In this document: positions 63,618 through 64,000 of the stretch, in pieces | Position numbering within the stretch: the first letter of the stretch is position 1 | How the letters are laid out: the number at the start of each line of letters is the position of its first letter | From: Octopus sinensis | Lineage: Eukaryota | Assembly (NCBI RefSeq): GCF_006345805.1 | Contig: NW_021832228.1 | Coordinates: 124,001-188,000, forward strand | DNA: 64,000 nucleotides | Direction of reading: 5' to 3' | Translations under genes and position numbers: made by a program | The notes under the pieces: model-generated | What the model was told of the DNA's origin: nothing | The model's input: the letters and a program-made list of their open reading frames with translations, nothing else | Database searches by the model: none

Positions 63618-64000
63618 TGGCTATGCGACAACTCGCCTATAGTCGAGTTGTCGCCTAACTCGCCTAAATTTATTTGGCGACAACTCGCCTACTTAAAATA
63701 AATAAAAAATTTTATTTTTACCAGATTAAATCTAATTAATTAAAATTTCAACAATTTTTTTACTTTAATCCTTATTATGACTGACTTTAAACTGCTTAAA
63801 AGCCAAAGAGTGGCAAACTTTACTACTACAACCGGAACTATTGTATAATACAGGTAGAAAAAAAGACGGTCTTACCTATTGGAGGTGCAGAAATCGAGAA
63901 TGCAGGACGAGGTGCACGGTGGATGCTCAAAACAAGTTGAGCACAAAAAATGCTCATAATCATTGCCCCTTTGAGGATCATGAGATAAAAAGCATGAAAC
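63618..64000 (+). mobile_element. MULE-like element 5' end with FLYWCH domain
   Basis: CAACTCGCCTA subterminal repeats; TYWRCRNRECRTRC..HNH. Confidence 0.65.

Overview
AT-rich eukaryotic nuclear DNA, probably from an animal, using the standard code and with very short GT-AG introns (~20-27 nt). The intron size suggests a highly reduced parasite such as a dicyemid or myxozoan (inference). The window is a patchwork of transposons: Tigger/pogo, hAT/Buster, CGGBP-like hAT, Tc1/IS630, MULE, Ginger-like integrase elements, RTE and Jockey/I LINEs, CRE-like RLE retroelements and a tRNA-derived SINE. Between them lie truncated host-gene pieces (MAP2K, IMPDH, ankyrin, SPT5, CLUH, SMARCA2/4, GPN1, cathepsin L, TatD). 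Four things stand out. (1) A rhabdovirus-like endogenous viral element with an uninterrupted 383-codon glycoprotein ORF, an A7 gene-junction-like signal and a probable upstream matrix-gene tail. (2) A decayed, intronless bacterial surE with an overlapping convergent ORF, suggesting endosymbiont-derived DNA. (3) Three TGTC...GACA elements with perfect 5-bp TSDs, one carrying an integrase and two carrying TTAGGG-like arrays. (4) A SINE whose two copies show compensatory base changes in internal stems. All protein identities come from motif recognition by eye; no database searches were run, and boundaries of degraded features are approximate.
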